From: Escherichia phage TM1
Reading direction: 5' to 3' (one strand)
DNA length: 39,948 bases
Sequence record: OM908436.1
Made by a program: the position numbers and the translations under genes
Shown here: one piece after another, positions 1 through 8,706 of the stretch
Layout: every line of letters starts with the position of its first letter
How positions within the stretch are numbered: position 1 is the stretch's first letter
Notes under the pieces: model-generated
Databases searched by the model: none
The model's input: only the letters and a program-made list of their open reading frames with translations
What the model was told of the DNA's origin: nothing

Positions 1-127
1 GCGTCAGCCGGGATGGTCCCGAAGCTATCGTGAATCACTGCGAATGACATCACGCCATATTTGCGGTGCGTGTGGACTACAGTCTTGCGGAGGTGGCTAC
101 CATCTTGTGAGTGGACGAAGTTCGGGC
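1..127. repeat. Exact duplicate of window bases 39822-39948 (127 bp); probable assembly overlap of a circularised contig
   Basis: Base-for-base identity of the two window ends; 127 is a common maximum k-mer length; the duplicate lies inside the RNA polymerase coding frame. Confidence 0.8.
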
Positions 128-2492
128 TAATGCCTGACTCCTGCTTGTGCTTGTCCAGCTCTTTCTTCGTGCCTTTGTTGACTGTAGGCTGAAGGTTGAA
201 TGACCCTAAGAACATCAGGTTCAGACGAGTGGTATCCTTCTTGCGGTATTCCTGCCAGACCGGGAAACCATCAGGTGTTACCCAGTGTACCGGAAGGCAT
301 GGCTTCAGGATTTCACCAGTCTTCTTGTCCTTCACTTCAGCAGCCAGCAGCTTGGCAGCACCTTGAAGCCACTTCATCGCGTCAACCGCAGCAACTACGG
401 TCACACTCACAGCTTCCCAAATCATCTTAGCCATGAATCGAGACGCTTGGCTTGGCTCGGTGAACATAGCGCCAGACCCTGAGTCAATCGCTGGCATCAC
501 GATATCCTCGTAAACTTGGTCTGCGAATCCGTACTCTTTCGACCCGTATGCCAGAGTCATGACTGAACGCTTAGTGACCTTGCGTGACATACCATATGTC
601 AGCCACTGACGGGCCAGCTCTCGTGTCCCCAGCTTGATACGTTCGGTAATCTCACCAGTTTTCTTGTCCTCGTGAGTGACCATCTCGTTGTCAGTACCGT
701 TAATCAGCAGGACTTTAAGCTCCTCCTCAATGCGGTCAGACACGATTCGGTAGATGTCTTGGACCTTACCGGATGGCGTCAGGTTTACTGCATGTCCACC
801 GATGTGGTCACGAAGCATCGCGCTGAAGTGCTGAATCCCAGAGCAGGACCCATCGAACGCTACCGGTAGCGAGCAGGAGTACGACAGGCCGTGGTGCATT
901 ACGCCAGCATACTCGAAGCAGAACGCAAGGAAGCAGAACGGAGAGTCTAACTTGCCCCACCACTCAATGCTATCCATTGGTGCTTTAGCCGCAGTCATGA
1001 TGTTGTCGTGGTTGTCTTCAACCCACTTGATGCGCTCCTCGAAGGTGACTTTATCGACACCCGCACAGTTTGCACCGTGGACCTTCAGCCACTTGAAACC
1101 ATCAGCGCCAATAGGCTTGCCGACTGCCAGAGTAAGGAGACCTTTCTGCATGTCGTTGCCTTGAGGGTTGAACATCGGCACAGCGTAGACTCGACCGCGC
1201 CAGTCCATGTTGTACGGAAACCAGATGGCCTTGAACTGAGAGAACTTGTTCGCTTGGTTAACGATAAAGCTCAGTGACAATCTACGTGACTGCCGGGCCT
1301 TCTCTCGGCGGTAGATACCAGCAGCAGCCTTCTTCCATGCCTTGAGTTCTTCTTCAGTCTCACCCGCATAGTCCTCAGGCTTCAGTGGCTCCATCTGAGG
1401 GATATCATCAATAGGCGTGTTGTTCAACTTCTCGACCATGTTTACCACGTCCAGCACCTTCTTGTTCACTTTCCACGGTGTATTCTGGATGATATTCACA
1501 GCGTCATAGACTTCAGGCATGTACACGTCTTCGTAACGTGCTACCGCAGACTTAGACCCTAAGCGAATCAGTGGCAATGGTCTTCGACCTTTGGCCCAAT
1601 ACCCACCGCCTACGACACCAGTCCACGGCTTTGGTGGAACGACGCAAGGCTGATAGACTGGCGCAATACCCGCGAGGCTGAATCCGCGTTGTGCCATCTT
1701 CTTGACCCAGAAGTCTGACAGGTGGACCATCTCAACGTCAGCCGCCGCATTGCCAGCACCGTAACGCTTAAGCTCGACCAGTTGTGTAGACTGGATGACA
1801 ATCTCAAGCATCTTGATGCCAACGTGTACCGCTTCGGTCGGACTCCAAGTACCCCACGCATCTTCCAGCTGACCTTGCTCAAGCATGGAGGTCTCAACCG
1901 CTTGCATGTAGGCTTTCTTGTAGGATACCCCTGCTCGCTTGTTCAGGTTCTCAGCTATCGCCTTCTTGAAATGCTCCTTCTCCTGATCACGGATGCGACC
2001 GAAGCGGATTTCATCCTCAAGTGTGCGACCTATCGCTGAGGCCATCGGTGTAATCGGGATCCCTTCAGGCTTGACCAGCTTGGAGAGGATGACCTTCAGT
2101 ATGATAACCGCAGCAGACTCACATGAGATGCGCAGAGAGCGGTCCTTGACGGCCTTCTCTTCAGTGCTCAACATGGTGAACGCCACGCTAGGACGAGAGG
2201 TTGACAGCTTCCCGTCTGGCCCTTCATGCCACTCCTTGACGGCTTGCGCAATCTTAGGGACCAGAGTCTGCATCAAAGGCTTGGCGACCTGATTGTCTGC
2301 CAGTTCCCCGCGCTCAGTCTGGCGCTCAAGGTTCTTGATGAAACGTCGCTCGCCTTCAGTGTATGCCTCGTGCTCAAGCTGAAGCTGTTTGACTGCAAGG
2401 TCTTGCCCGTAGTGGTCAGCCAGCAGGTTAAACGGCTCAATGGCGTTCGACACATCAGAGAAGTCGTGTTTTTCAATAGAGATGACGCTCAT
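1..2492 (-). CDS. gp1: T7-type single-subunit DNA-directed RNA polymerase, N-terminal and central part (start codon 2490-2492; continues across the window edge into 39632-39948)
   Basis: Reverse translation from 2492 gives MSVISIEKHDFSDV..., matching the T7 RNAP N-terminus MNTINIAKNDFSDIELAAIPFNTLADHYG; frame is continuous with the C-terminal piece through the 127-bp overlap (about 893 aa in total). Confidence 0.9.
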   Translation of the reverse strand, partial: MSVISIEKHDFSDVSNAIEPFNLLADHYGQDLAVKQLQLEHEAYTEGERRFIKNLERQTERGELADNQVAKPLMQTLVPKIAQAVKEWHEGPDGKLSTSRPSVAFTMLSTEEKAVKDRSLRISCESAAVIILKVILSKLVKPEGIPITPMASAIGRTLEDEIRFGRIRDQEKEHFKKAIAENLNKRAGVSYKKAYMQAVETSMLEQGQLEDAWGTWSPTEAVHVGIKMLEIVIQSTQLVELKRYGAGNAAADVEMVHLSDFWVKKMAQRGFSLAGIAPVYQPCVVPPKPWTGVVGGGYWAKGRRPLPLIRLGSKSAVARYEDVYMPEVYDAVNIIQNTPWKVNKKVLDVVNMVEKLNNTPIDDIPQMEPLKPEDYAGETEEELKAWKKAAAGIYRREKARQSRRLSLSFIVNQANKFSQFKAIWFPYNMDWRGRVYAVPMFNPQGNDMQKGLLTLAVGKPIGADGFKWLKVHGANCAGVDKVTFEERIKWVEDNHDNIMTAAKAPMDSIEWWGKLDSPFCFLAFCFEYAGVMHHGLSYSCSLPVAFDGSCSGIQHFSAMLRDHIGGHAVNLTPSGKVQDIYRIVSDRIEEELKVLLINGTDNEMVTHEDKKTGEITERIKLGTRELARQWLTYGMSRKVTKRSVMTLAYGSKEYGFADQVYEDIVMPAIDSGSGAMFTEPSQASRFMAKMIWEAVSVTVVAAVDAMKWLQGAAKLLAAEVKDKKTGEILKPCLPVHWVTPDGFPVWQEYRKKDTTRLNLMFLGSFNLQPTVNKGTKKELDKHKQESGISPNFVHSQDGSHLRKTVVHTHRKYGVMSFAVIHDSFGTIPAD

Positions 2493-2561
2493 ACTTAAAG
2501 TCCTTGTTATTAGTCTTTCACTTAAAGTCTCTTTGGTCTTTCACTTGGAGTCTTAGACCTT

Positions 2562-2584
2562 GAGTCCTATAGTGATAGTTAAGT
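2562..2584 (-). promoter_or_regulatory. Phage-RNAP promoter-like sequence immediately upstream of the RNAP gene (ACTTAACTATCACTATA/GGACTC)
   Basis: Matches the phage promoter consensus at -13 to +2; initially transcribed region deviates (GGACTC instead of GGGAGA). Confidence 0.5.
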
Positions 2585-2589
2585 CATAA

Positions 2590-2982
2590 TTACTTGCATA
2601 TCAGAGGGGTAGCGTGAAGATGACTGAAGTCACCGTGAGTCGTGTGCTTGATGGTTGACCGTTGGTCTATCGCCTTCCAGCCTGAGACCAGAAGTTTACC
2701 ATCGTCAGTGATTGGTCGTCCCCCATACGCCAGACACATCAGTTCGGACTTATGGCCCTCGGCCTGGAGTCGTGCCTGAAGTACACGGTCTCGCTCCTGC
2801 TGTTGACGCTTAGTGTGTGATGAGTGGCGGTGTACATAAGCGCTCTTTCTCCCGGTCTTCTCCCAATAGTTGCGACCACGCGAATCCTTTCCAACATACT
2901 TCCACTCTACTCCGTTCTTATCAGTGAATTTGCGAAACGCTAGGGTTGAGTCCATTGCGTGTACCAGATTTGACATATTCAT
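2590..2982 (-). CDS. Early hypothetical protein (130 aa)
   Basis: ORF directly upstream of the RNAP gene in the early region; start overlaps the stop of the upstream ORF (ATGA); no recognisable motif. Confidence 0.5.
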   Translation of the reverse strand: MNMSNLVHAMDSTLAFRKFTDKNGVEWKYVGKDSRGRNYWEKTGRKSAYVHRHSSHTKRQQQERDRVLQARLQAEGHKSELMCLAYGGRPITDDGKLLVSGWKAIDQRSTIKHTTHGDFSHLHATPLICK

Positions 2983-3179
2983 TACAGTTTGCTCCCAAGA
3001 GTTGCTATATCCCAGACGTTCGCTAAATTACGCGCGAATCGCCCGTTAGGTTGGCGTACAGTCCAGCGGCCCAGACGTGCATAGTTGAATTTATAGACTT
3101 TACGTGCCTTGTTGATGTCTCTCATCAGCATGTAGGCGATAAGTCCATAGCCTATGGCTATCAATAGTTCGATACTCAT
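2982..3179 (-). CDS. Early small hydrophobic protein (65 aa), probable single transmembrane helix
   Basis: Hydrophobic N-terminus LLIAIGYGLIAYML; coupled to the downstream ORF. Confidence 0.4.
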   Translation of the reverse strand: MSIELLIAIGYGLIAYMLMRDINKARKVYKFNYARLGRWTVRQPNGRFARNLANVWDIATLGSKL

Positions 3180-3284
3180 AGTGATTTCCGTTTAATACAA
3201 TCGTATATCCCATAACCTATCATCCAGATAACTGGCGCTAGGCATACCAAATATCCCACACTCATAGTTAACTCCTATTAATGC

Positions 3285-3340
3285 AAGTGGTAATCTTTGA
3301 GGCCACCTATCAGTCGATGACCTCTCGTTTATCACTTAGC
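3285..3340 (-). promoter_or_regulatory. Conserved early intergenic RNA hairpin element, copy D (candidate RNase III processing site)
   Basis: Shares the AGGCCACC...GATGACCT core and flanks with copy C; the stem closes with G-U pairs only in the minus-strand transcript. Confidence 0.45.
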
Positions 3341-3354
3341 TAGGCCACGCATGG

Positions 3355-3702
3355 TTACACTTCCACCGATACAGTGGTCATCTTGCTTACAGTCAGCCCA
3401 CCAGCAAGCTCAACCGCATAGCGTATCGCCTCCTCTTTGGATTTGAAGTCCTTTCCTGCAAGGTGGTAAATATCGCCTGTTATTACCTTAGAAGGCCTGC
3501 GACTCACCGCAATAGCGTTTTCCATGGCAAGCTCACCACGGCTATACTGAGTAAGCCAGCGCTTCACCGAACTCGTTCCCACCCCGAACTTTTGGGCGGT
3601 TGCAGTCACCCTATCCATAACTCCCTCAGGCAGAGAGGTGTAGTAGTTAACAACGTTGAGTTTAAATGCTACCGAGAATACATTGCGAGTTTTAGCAGTC
3701 AT
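3355..3702 (-). CDS. Early hypothetical protein (115 aa) with a possible helix-turn-helix segment
   Basis: ORF in the early region; the segment ATAQKFGVGTSSVKRWL resembles an HTH; no T7 counterpart recalled. Confidence 0.5.
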   Translation of the reverse strand: MTAKTRNVFSVAFKLNVVNYYTSLPEGVMDRVTATAQKFGVGTSSVKRWLTQYSRGELAMENAIAVSRRPSKVITGDIYHLAGKDFKSKEEAIRYAVELAGGLTVSKMTTVSVEV

Positions 3703-3725
3703 TATTCTTTCCTTCTGTAGGTGTT

Positions 3726-3776
3726 AAGTGGTAATCACTCAGGCCACCATGTAGATGACCTGTAGTTTAACACTCA
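3726..3776 (-). promoter_or_regulatory. Conserved early intergenic RNA hairpin element, copy C (candidate RNase III site)
   Basis: Transcript AGGUCAUC-loop-GGUGGCCU gives an 8-bp stem with two G-U pairs; flanked by the conserved CTGTAGTTTAACACT block. Confidence 0.45.
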
Positions 3777-4059
3777 GTATCCACCTGTCAGCGTTATGGT
3801 CAAGCTATGGTGATTAGCCACGTAGCAAGCCCCGCGCTTCATCATCTCGTAGCAACCATCGTAGAACGCCTGTTCACTGCTATAAGTTATCTGGTACATG
3901 TTTACTTGTCCTCAGCGTGTAAGCTGTCATACATGCGCTTACGACCCTCATAGACCGCTTTCAGGTGGCGCATAGCCTCATAGTGGTTTAACCGCCCGGT
4001 CTTGACCATAATCCGGGCGTTGGTGACATGGTGCTGGCAGAGACCATAAGTTACCATCA

Positions 4060-4404
4060 CTAGCAGTCCTCCTCTTCGTCTGCCTCTTCAGCCTCAAACC
4101 ATACCACATCACGGCTATTAGACACGTCGTTATAAAGTGCCTCATAGATACGAGCTTGCAGTATACGCGTCACATCCTTGGTCTCAGGCATCAGCCCAGA
4201 GTCTTCGAACTCATGGTCAATACCATCAGCAGCCATCACCGTAAAAATCTCGTGGTAATAGTGCGGTACCTGACCATCTACTACCTCATGCAGCGCATCA
4301 TGATAATCATCGCCTTCAGCTATTTCGTCGCACTGAATACGCTCATTGAACAGCTCAACGGTTGCAGCCAGCAGCTCATAGTATGCGTTAGCGTTACGTT
4401 CCAT
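4060..4404 (-). CDS. ocr: Ocr-like anti-restriction DNA-mimic protein (T7 gp0.3 homolog)
   Basis: 114 aa, acidic; [50 protein letters not shown] aligns with T7 Ocr [50 protein letters not shown]; acidic C-terminal tail. Confidence 0.88.
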   Translation of the reverse strand: MERNANAYYELLAATVELFNERIQCDEIAEGDDYHDALHEVVDGQVPHYYHEIFTVMAADGIDHEFEDSGLMPETKDVTRILQARIYEALYNDVSNSRDVVWFEAEEADEEEDC

Positions 4405-4433
4405 AGTTATATCCTCTCAAAGTTAAGTATGTG

Positions 4434-4485
4434 TTAGTGACTATCATTCAGGCCGCTAGAAGCTAACGACCTGTAGTTAATCACT
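4434..4485 (-). promoter_or_regulatory. Conserved early intergenic RNA hairpin element, copy A (candidate RNase III site)
   Basis: TTAGTGACTATCATTCAGGCC...GACCTGTAGTTAATCACT, same architecture as copy B. Confidence 0.45.
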
Positions 4486-4762
4486 AGTAGGCTACATCTT
4501 TAAGTGCATTCTTAAGCATGGTCTCTATGTGTGAATCCTTCACGTTAGCCATATATCCGCCTATCACTTGCACTTCTGCATTATTGCTGGCAATTATTTC
4601 CTGCGACTTTTTATGGCCCACTCCATGATAACAATCCCACATGAAGCGCTTGAACGTTAGACCATTCTCTTTGTAGCGCTCGGCTTCTTCCGCCACTCCA
4701 CGTAATAATCTTGATTCTAACTCCTTGCGGAAGGCGTCTGCTGTAGCTTTGTTCAGTCTCAT
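4484..4762 (-). CDS. First early gene, hypothetical protein (92 aa)
   Basis: ORF with Shine-Dalgarno TAAGGA 6 nt upstream of the ATG; first ORF downstream of the sigma70-like promoter and leader; no recognisable motif. Confidence 0.5.
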   Translation of the reverse strand: MRLNKATADAFRKELESRLLRGVAEEAERYKENGLTFKRFMWDCYHGVGHKKSQEIIASNNAEVQVIGGYMANVKDSHIETMLKNALKDVAY

Positions 4763-4779
4763 AATGAATCCTTAGGTTG

Positions 4780-4862
4780 TTAGTGACTATCAGTCAGGGC
4801 CTTCAGTCGCTCAAGTCAAGCCCGTCTCGCGGTAGACTCAAAGACCCTGTAGTTAATCACTG
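4780..4862 (-). promoter_or_regulatory. Conserved early leader RNA hairpin element, copy B (candidate RNase III site)
   Basis: Contains the TTAGTGACTATCA and CCTGTAGTTAATCACT flank blocks shared with copy A. Confidence 0.4.
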
Positions 4863-4884
4863 TCGGCGCACATTAAGAGTTTAT

Positions 4885-4962
4885 CCAGATTGTTAAAGAG
4901 CGTTCGCGTTGGCTGTCGTCGCCGTGCTATCCCGTTTCAGTGTTGGGACTCACCGTTGTTTC
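4885..4962 (-). promoter_or_regulatory. Leader segment resembling the T7 R0.3 RNase III site region
   Basis: Transcript GAAACAACGGTGAGTCCCAACACTGAAACGGGA...CGCTCTTTAACAATCTGG closely resembles, from memory, T7 GAAACGACAGTGAGTCACCACACTGAAAGGTGA...CGCTCTTTAACAATCTGG. Confidence 0.5.
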
Positions 4963-4977
4963 GTGTTGATGTGGTGC

Positions 4978-5007
4978 ATACTACTTTAAGTCTGTACATC
5001 TTGTCAA
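4978..5007 (-). promoter_or_regulatory. Host sigma70-type early promoter (T7 A3-like): -35 TTGACA, -10 TAGTAT
   Basis: Transcript-strand ACAAAACGCTTGACAAGATGTACAGACTTAAAGTAGTAT parallels T7 A3 ACAAAACGGTTGACAACATGAAGTAAACACGGTACGAT (from memory). Confidence 0.55.
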
Positions 5008-5284
5008 GCGTTTTGTTTAGCCTGTTAACCTAAACCGTGAGCTATAGCCCCTCAGTGGGCGACCCGTTGCCTCCTCTAGCTCTCCACCTCAGTGGTAGAC
5101 TTGGCGAGCTGGTCAGGCTCTCGTTAGGTTGTAGGACCTTTCCGACCTGCTGAAGTGGGAGCCTCCAGCGACCCTACTGCTTTCTGTCATCTGCCTGTTG
5201 TTCGTATGACTTATCAGGCTGTCTACTTAACCGGGATGACCCGGCGTCTTCACTATCCGGTGTTTGCCGTGTCGTGTTGACGGA

Positions 5285-5320
5285 AGCTATTAGGCCATAG
5301 TCTAGACCTATAGTCAATAT
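5285..5320 (-). promoter_or_regulatory. Possible second host-type early promoter (A1-like; -35 TTGACT, weak -10 CCTAAT)
   Basis: TTGACT followed by a 17-nt spacer and CCTAAT on the transcript strand; weak -10, so tentative. Confidence 0.3.
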
Positions 5321-5429
5321 GTAATTTGAAATAATATTGATTAAGCTATCGTCGGCCCCATAGTGACTAAGAGGATATAGTCTTTGACTAACATGTCTTA
5401 GACCTTAAGTCTATAGCCATTGTGTCTAT

Positions 5430-5780
5430 TAACTGTAGGTTTAGACTGTAGGTAGCGGCAGTACCGATGGTCGATGACTGTAGGTAGTTAGACTGTAGGT
5501 AGTGACTCAAGGTCTGATACAGATGGAGACTCAGAGGCAGACCCATAGTCCCTACCTATCGTCTCCACCTCCAGCCATAGCCGATACCTATCGTTGACCT
5601 GAAGTCTTGACCATCGGTCCAGCCTTATGATAGACTGGGGTAGGGCCTTTGGTCTGGACTTAAAGAGGGCCTATGGGGAGACTTGAGGTTCTTGAACTGT
5701 GAGATGTGGTCTCAAACTTTTGGTCCAAAACTCATCGAAGACTGTAGGTGGCAGCTACTGTAGGTCAAGGACCGTAGGTC
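5430..5780. repeat. Candidate genome termini / concatemer junction: two arrays of ACTGTAGGT-type short repeats flanking a roughly 240-bp segment that may be the collapsed direct terminal repeat
   Basis: ACTGTAGGT at about 5432, 5445, 5477, 5492 and again at 5741, 5757, 5771 (one ACCGTAGGT variant); no ORFs; sits between gene 19 and the early promoters, like the CCTAAAG repeat arrays beside the T7 terminal repeat. Confidence 0.45.
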
Positions 5781-5939
5781 AGGCGACACTAGGATAGACC
5801 AATAAGTAGGATGACCCTAAGTGAGCTTCTATTAAGGTGTTACCTAAAGTCCTTGACTACAGTAGCTAAGGTCAGTAGAGTAGCGTAAGCTATGAACTGA
5901 CCTTAGGTCTTCCGCTCATGAATCGTTACCATGATTGCG

Positions 5940-6098
5940 TTAATTACACTGAGACACCAGAGAACATACGAGAGTCTCGACCCACCCGACCCACTGACTT
6001 CCAGCAGTAACGCCAGCAGTAAGTAGAACAGCAGCAAGAAACCTGTATGTAGCTCGATTGGTCGCCAGAGCTTTAAGTACAGCTTTGGTCTTTGCCAT
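5940..6098 (-). CDS. Small hydrophobic protein (52 aa) at the gene 19.5 position
   Basis: ATG preceded by AGGAGG at about 8 nt; MAKTKAVLKALATNRATYRFLAAVLLTAGV...; below the ORF-track size cutoff, hand-translated. Confidence 0.4.
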   Translation of the reverse strand: MAKTKAVLKALATNRATYRFLAAVLLTAGVTAGSQWVGWVETLVCSLVSQCN

Positions 6099-6278
6099 AT
6101 GCTACATACCTCCTGTATCTATGGTCGGTGACTATCTGTATTGGAGGGATTATGATTAATATCACCCTCCTTCCATCGGTGCAAGCCTTAGGTAAGAACT
6201 CGGAGTCTGCCTCCTAAGGTCTTGCATAAAGTCTGCATATGTATATTCACTACAGTAATACTATAAGTAACCGGGGGT

Positions 6279-6301
6279 CTTCCCTATAGTGATAGTTAAG
6301 T
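6279..6301 (-). promoter_or_regulatory. Phage-RNAP promoter downstream of terminase (phiOR-like)
   Basis: ACTTAACTATCACTATA/GGGAAG. Confidence 0.65.
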
Positions 6302-6395
6302 CCAAACTCCTTGTAAAACAGTAGGTTAGACTGGTAGTAACTATAGGTTACTAACTGCTTATTAATTCAGTTTTCGCCTATAGTTATTCATTCAG

Positions 6396-8159
6396 TTAGT
6401 GGAACGTAACGTATGACCCTAGTCCTAGCTCGTCGTCCGTATCGTGAGTTACCCTGACCCCATTGTCCCAGAACTCGGTGTGGATGGACTCGAAGCCTTT
6501 CCGTGGGTTCTCCATCTGTTCCTCCAGCCACTCCTCAGTGACTTCACGTTCGCCTTTGTTGGCATCCTTAGCCATCGACTCAACGAAGAACTGTACACCG
6601 ATAGCCAGCGCATCAAGTCGGTCATCGTGTGCCAATGCTCCACGTTCACGAGAGATACGGGTCATCTGGTAGAAGAGAGAGTAGATAGGGTTACGAACAC
6701 CATCCTTATCAGAGGCTGACTGGTAGTCTTGGACGATAGCAGAAGCGTTAACGATAAGTCGGTGAGACCCCATGATAGGCTCCAGAACGTCACAGATGCG
6801 GAGTTCTTTCTGACCCTTACTCTTCACTTCAGTTACAGCAGCAGGATGGATACGGGCAGCTACAGGCTTGAATAGCTCAAGGTACATACCATCGCCGAAG
6901 TTACCCTCAATGACGTATTCGTTGACCTTCCACTTACGACCAATCTTAGCCAAGGCTTCCAGCGTAGAGTCTTCATAGCCACCGCGCATACCACCAACTT
7001 CCATAGCGAAGATGTAGCCGTTGAGCTGGTACAGTACCGCATAACCAGTTTCATCCTTACCACGACCACTAGGGTCAATGACCAGAATCTTCTGGGTGTA
7101 CGAACTGAAGGCAGAACCTACAGTCTGATACGTGTGGTACGAGTCACCCATGAGTCCAACGTTAGGAACGTCCTCACGCTTGTTCTTAGGGTTCGGCAAC
7201 CATTGGTAGACCATTGGGCTAGACTCTGGGTCCAAGTCTGCTACGATAAGGTCACGGAGCTTCAGAGGGTACTTCTCTGCATCACTCAGGTTCGGGTTAA
7301 GCATGAACTGTAGAGCGAAGCCAGCTTTACCATAGGACAGTTCACGTTCCTTCAGGTCCGTATCATCGAATCGTACTTCATCGGTAGGACGCCAGTAGAA
7401 GGACTCAGGGTCCTCTTCCAGCTCTGCCTGAAGCATAGGAGCCAGACGGTCGCCGTAAGACTGCCAGTCCTTCTTATCACGTGGATAACGAGCAGGCCAG
7501 ATAGTAGTGGTGTATCCACGGCCTTCAAGCTCACGATACAAGGTCATCTCGTTCTGAGGAGTACCCAGATAGATGATTGTACCTCCCGGCTTCAGGATAG
7601 CGTCGAACTCTTTCACAAGCTCTGACAGACGGTCTCGTGCAGCTTGAGTCGCTGAGTTGTTCGGAACCTCCACGTCATCTGCAATCAGGATGTCAGCACG
7701 ACTACCAGTCAACTGACCAGTGATACCAACGGACTTAACCGAAGGTGAGTGGTCTGGCTTGGCTGGTCCAACGTCGAAGCTGATAACCGCATCTCGCTGC
7801 CCCTGCTTAGGTTTGAGTTCCTGAAGCTGAGGCATGAGGTCGATGATTCTCTTGATGAATATGGAGTTAGCATCGGCTCGTTCCTTTGAGGCCGACACAA
7901 TCATGAACTTCAAGTCTGGGTTGTTCCATAGTTTCCAGACCACGAATGCACACGTAATGAAGGACTTCCCGATACCACGGAACGCCTGTAGGATGAAACG
8001 CCTGTTGTCCCCAGCCGATAGTTTCTTCGCCATGTCAATCTGACAGCGAGTCGGGACCGGGAGTGATAGAGCTTTCCACAGGACGAACAGGAAGAACACG
8101 AAGTCTGCCTTCATACGGGCAGTCATTAGCGCCTGACGCGCCACTAAGTCTTTACTCAA
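6396..8159 (-). CDS. gp19: Terminase large subunit (T7 gp19-like)
   Basis: 587 aa, same size and position as T7 gp19; last structural-module gene before the terminal region; start overlaps the spanin stop. Confidence 0.9.
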   Translation of the reverse strand: MSKDLVARQALMTARMKADFVFFLFVLWKALSLPVPTRCQIDMAKKLSAGDNRRFILQAFRGIGKSFITCAFVVWKLWNNPDLKFMIVSASKERADANSIFIKRIIDLMPQLQELKPKQGQRDAVISFDVGPAKPDHSPSVKSVGITGQLTGSRADILIADDVEVPNNSATQAARDRLSELVKEFDAILKPGGTIIYLGTPQNEMTLYRELEGRGYTTTIWPARYPRDKKDWQSYGDRLAPMLQAELEEDPESFYWRPTDEVRFDDTDLKERELSYGKAGFALQFMLNPNLSDAEKYPLKLRDLIVADLDPESSPMVYQWLPNPKNKREDVPNVGLMGDSYHTYQTVGSAFSSYTQKILVIDPSGRGKDETGYAVLYQLNGYIFAMEVGGMRGGYEDSTLEALAKIGRKWKVNEYVIEGNFGDGMYLELFKPVAARIHPAAVTEVKSKGQKELRICDVLEPIMGSHRLIVNASAIVQDYQSASDKDGVRNPIYSLFYQMTRISRERGALAHDDRLDALAIGVQFFVESMAKDANKGEREVTEEWLEEQMENPRKGFESIHTEFWDNGVRVTHDTDDELGLGSYVTFH

Positions 8160-8605
8160 TGCGTCACCTCCTTATCTTGCTGCAAGGCTCTCACGGTGTC
8201 CTGAAGGGCCTTAATCCACTTGTCGCCTTTCACTCCGATGGCGATAAGACGTTTAGCATCTCGTTCGTCAAGTTCGGCGTAACCATCAACGATGCATCGA
8301 CCGTCACTTTGCGTGGCTCCACTCGTAGGTTTGACTCGGATGCGCAGCCGCTTATTGTCAGACTGAAGGTCAGCAATAATCCTATCAGTGCTGCCTTCCA
8401 GCGAGGACATTTCGTCCTGAAACCGTTTGGACACTTTGCTGACTTCAGCTTGGACAGCAAGTCTTTTATCTTCCGATGCCTTAAGATTCGAGGTGTATTC
8501 TGCATTTATCTTAGCCTCCCACTTATTGTTAGCGGTGTGGTAGCCACCAGCAAACATCACTGCTGCAAGTAACCACGGAGCCGCTCTCTTTAAAAATTCG
8601 AGCAT
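8156..8605 (-). CDS. gp18.5: Rz-like inner-membrane spanin (T7 gp18.5-like)
   Basis: 149 aa, N-terminal TM segment [12 protein letters not shown] followed by a coiled-coil-like region; position after small terminase. Confidence 0.8.
   Translation of the reverse strand: MLEFLKRAAPWLLAAVMFAGGYHTANNKWEAKINAEYTSNLKASEDKRLAVQAEVSKVSKRFQDEMSSLEGSTDRIIADLQSDNKRLRIRVKPTSGATQSDGRCIVDGYAELDERDAKRLIAIGVKGDKWIKALQDTVRALQQDKEVTH
8230..8505 (-). CDS. gp18.7: Rz1-like outer-membrane lipoprotein spanin embedded in the +1 frame of gp18.5 (T7 gp18.7-like); true start probably internal
   Basis: Lipobox-like LTISGC followed by a proline-rich segment; fully embedded in the Rz-like gene as in T7 and lambda. Confidence 0.55.
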   Translation of the reverse strand: MQNTPRILRHRKIKDLLSKLKSAKCPNGFRTKCPRWKAALIGLLLTFSLTISGCASESNLRVEPRKVTVDASLMVTPNLTNEMLNVLSPSE

Positions 8606-8667
8606 AGTTGCCCTCCCGGTTTATCAGATTTCACGTAGAGTCGCCTCCACTAGTTAGTGTTAACCAT

Positions 8668-8702
8668 AAAGGCCACTACATATAGTAATGACCTTGAGTC
8701 TA
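8668..8702 (-). promoter_or_regulatory. Conserved RNA hairpin between small terminase and spanin genes (candidate RNase III site, R18.5-like)
   Basis: CATAAAGGCCACT-N10-ATGACCTTGAGTCTA; transcript forms an 11-bp stem with two G-U pairs; two near-identical copies at about 31972 and 38797. Confidence 0.55.
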
Positions 8703-8706
8703 ACAC

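Noticed and set aside
1-127. The 127-bp identical window ends as the phage's biological direct terminal repeat
   Set aside because: The repeat lies in-frame inside the RNA polymerase coding sequence, not in the non-coding terminal region, and its length matches a common assembler k-mer size; assembly overlap of a circularised contig is the better explanation.
5331-5350. Possible additional phage promoter in the terminal region (CTTAGTCACTATGGGGCC on the transcript strand)
   Set aside because: It lacks the conserved TATAGG junction (one base missing relative to consensus) and the upstream AACTATCAC block; too diverged to call without experimental support.
5430-5780. CRISPR array in the repeat-rich non-coding region
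   Set aside because: The repeats are 9-bp units with irregular short spacing, not 25-40-bp direct repeats with unique spacers, and no cas genes are present; they fit phage terminal short-repeat arrays.
6143-6170. Hairpin GGAGGG...CCCTCC downstream of terminase as a transcription terminator
   Set aside because: Short 6-bp outer stem with an imperfect interior and no following U-tract on the transcript strand; not convincing as an intrinsic terminator.
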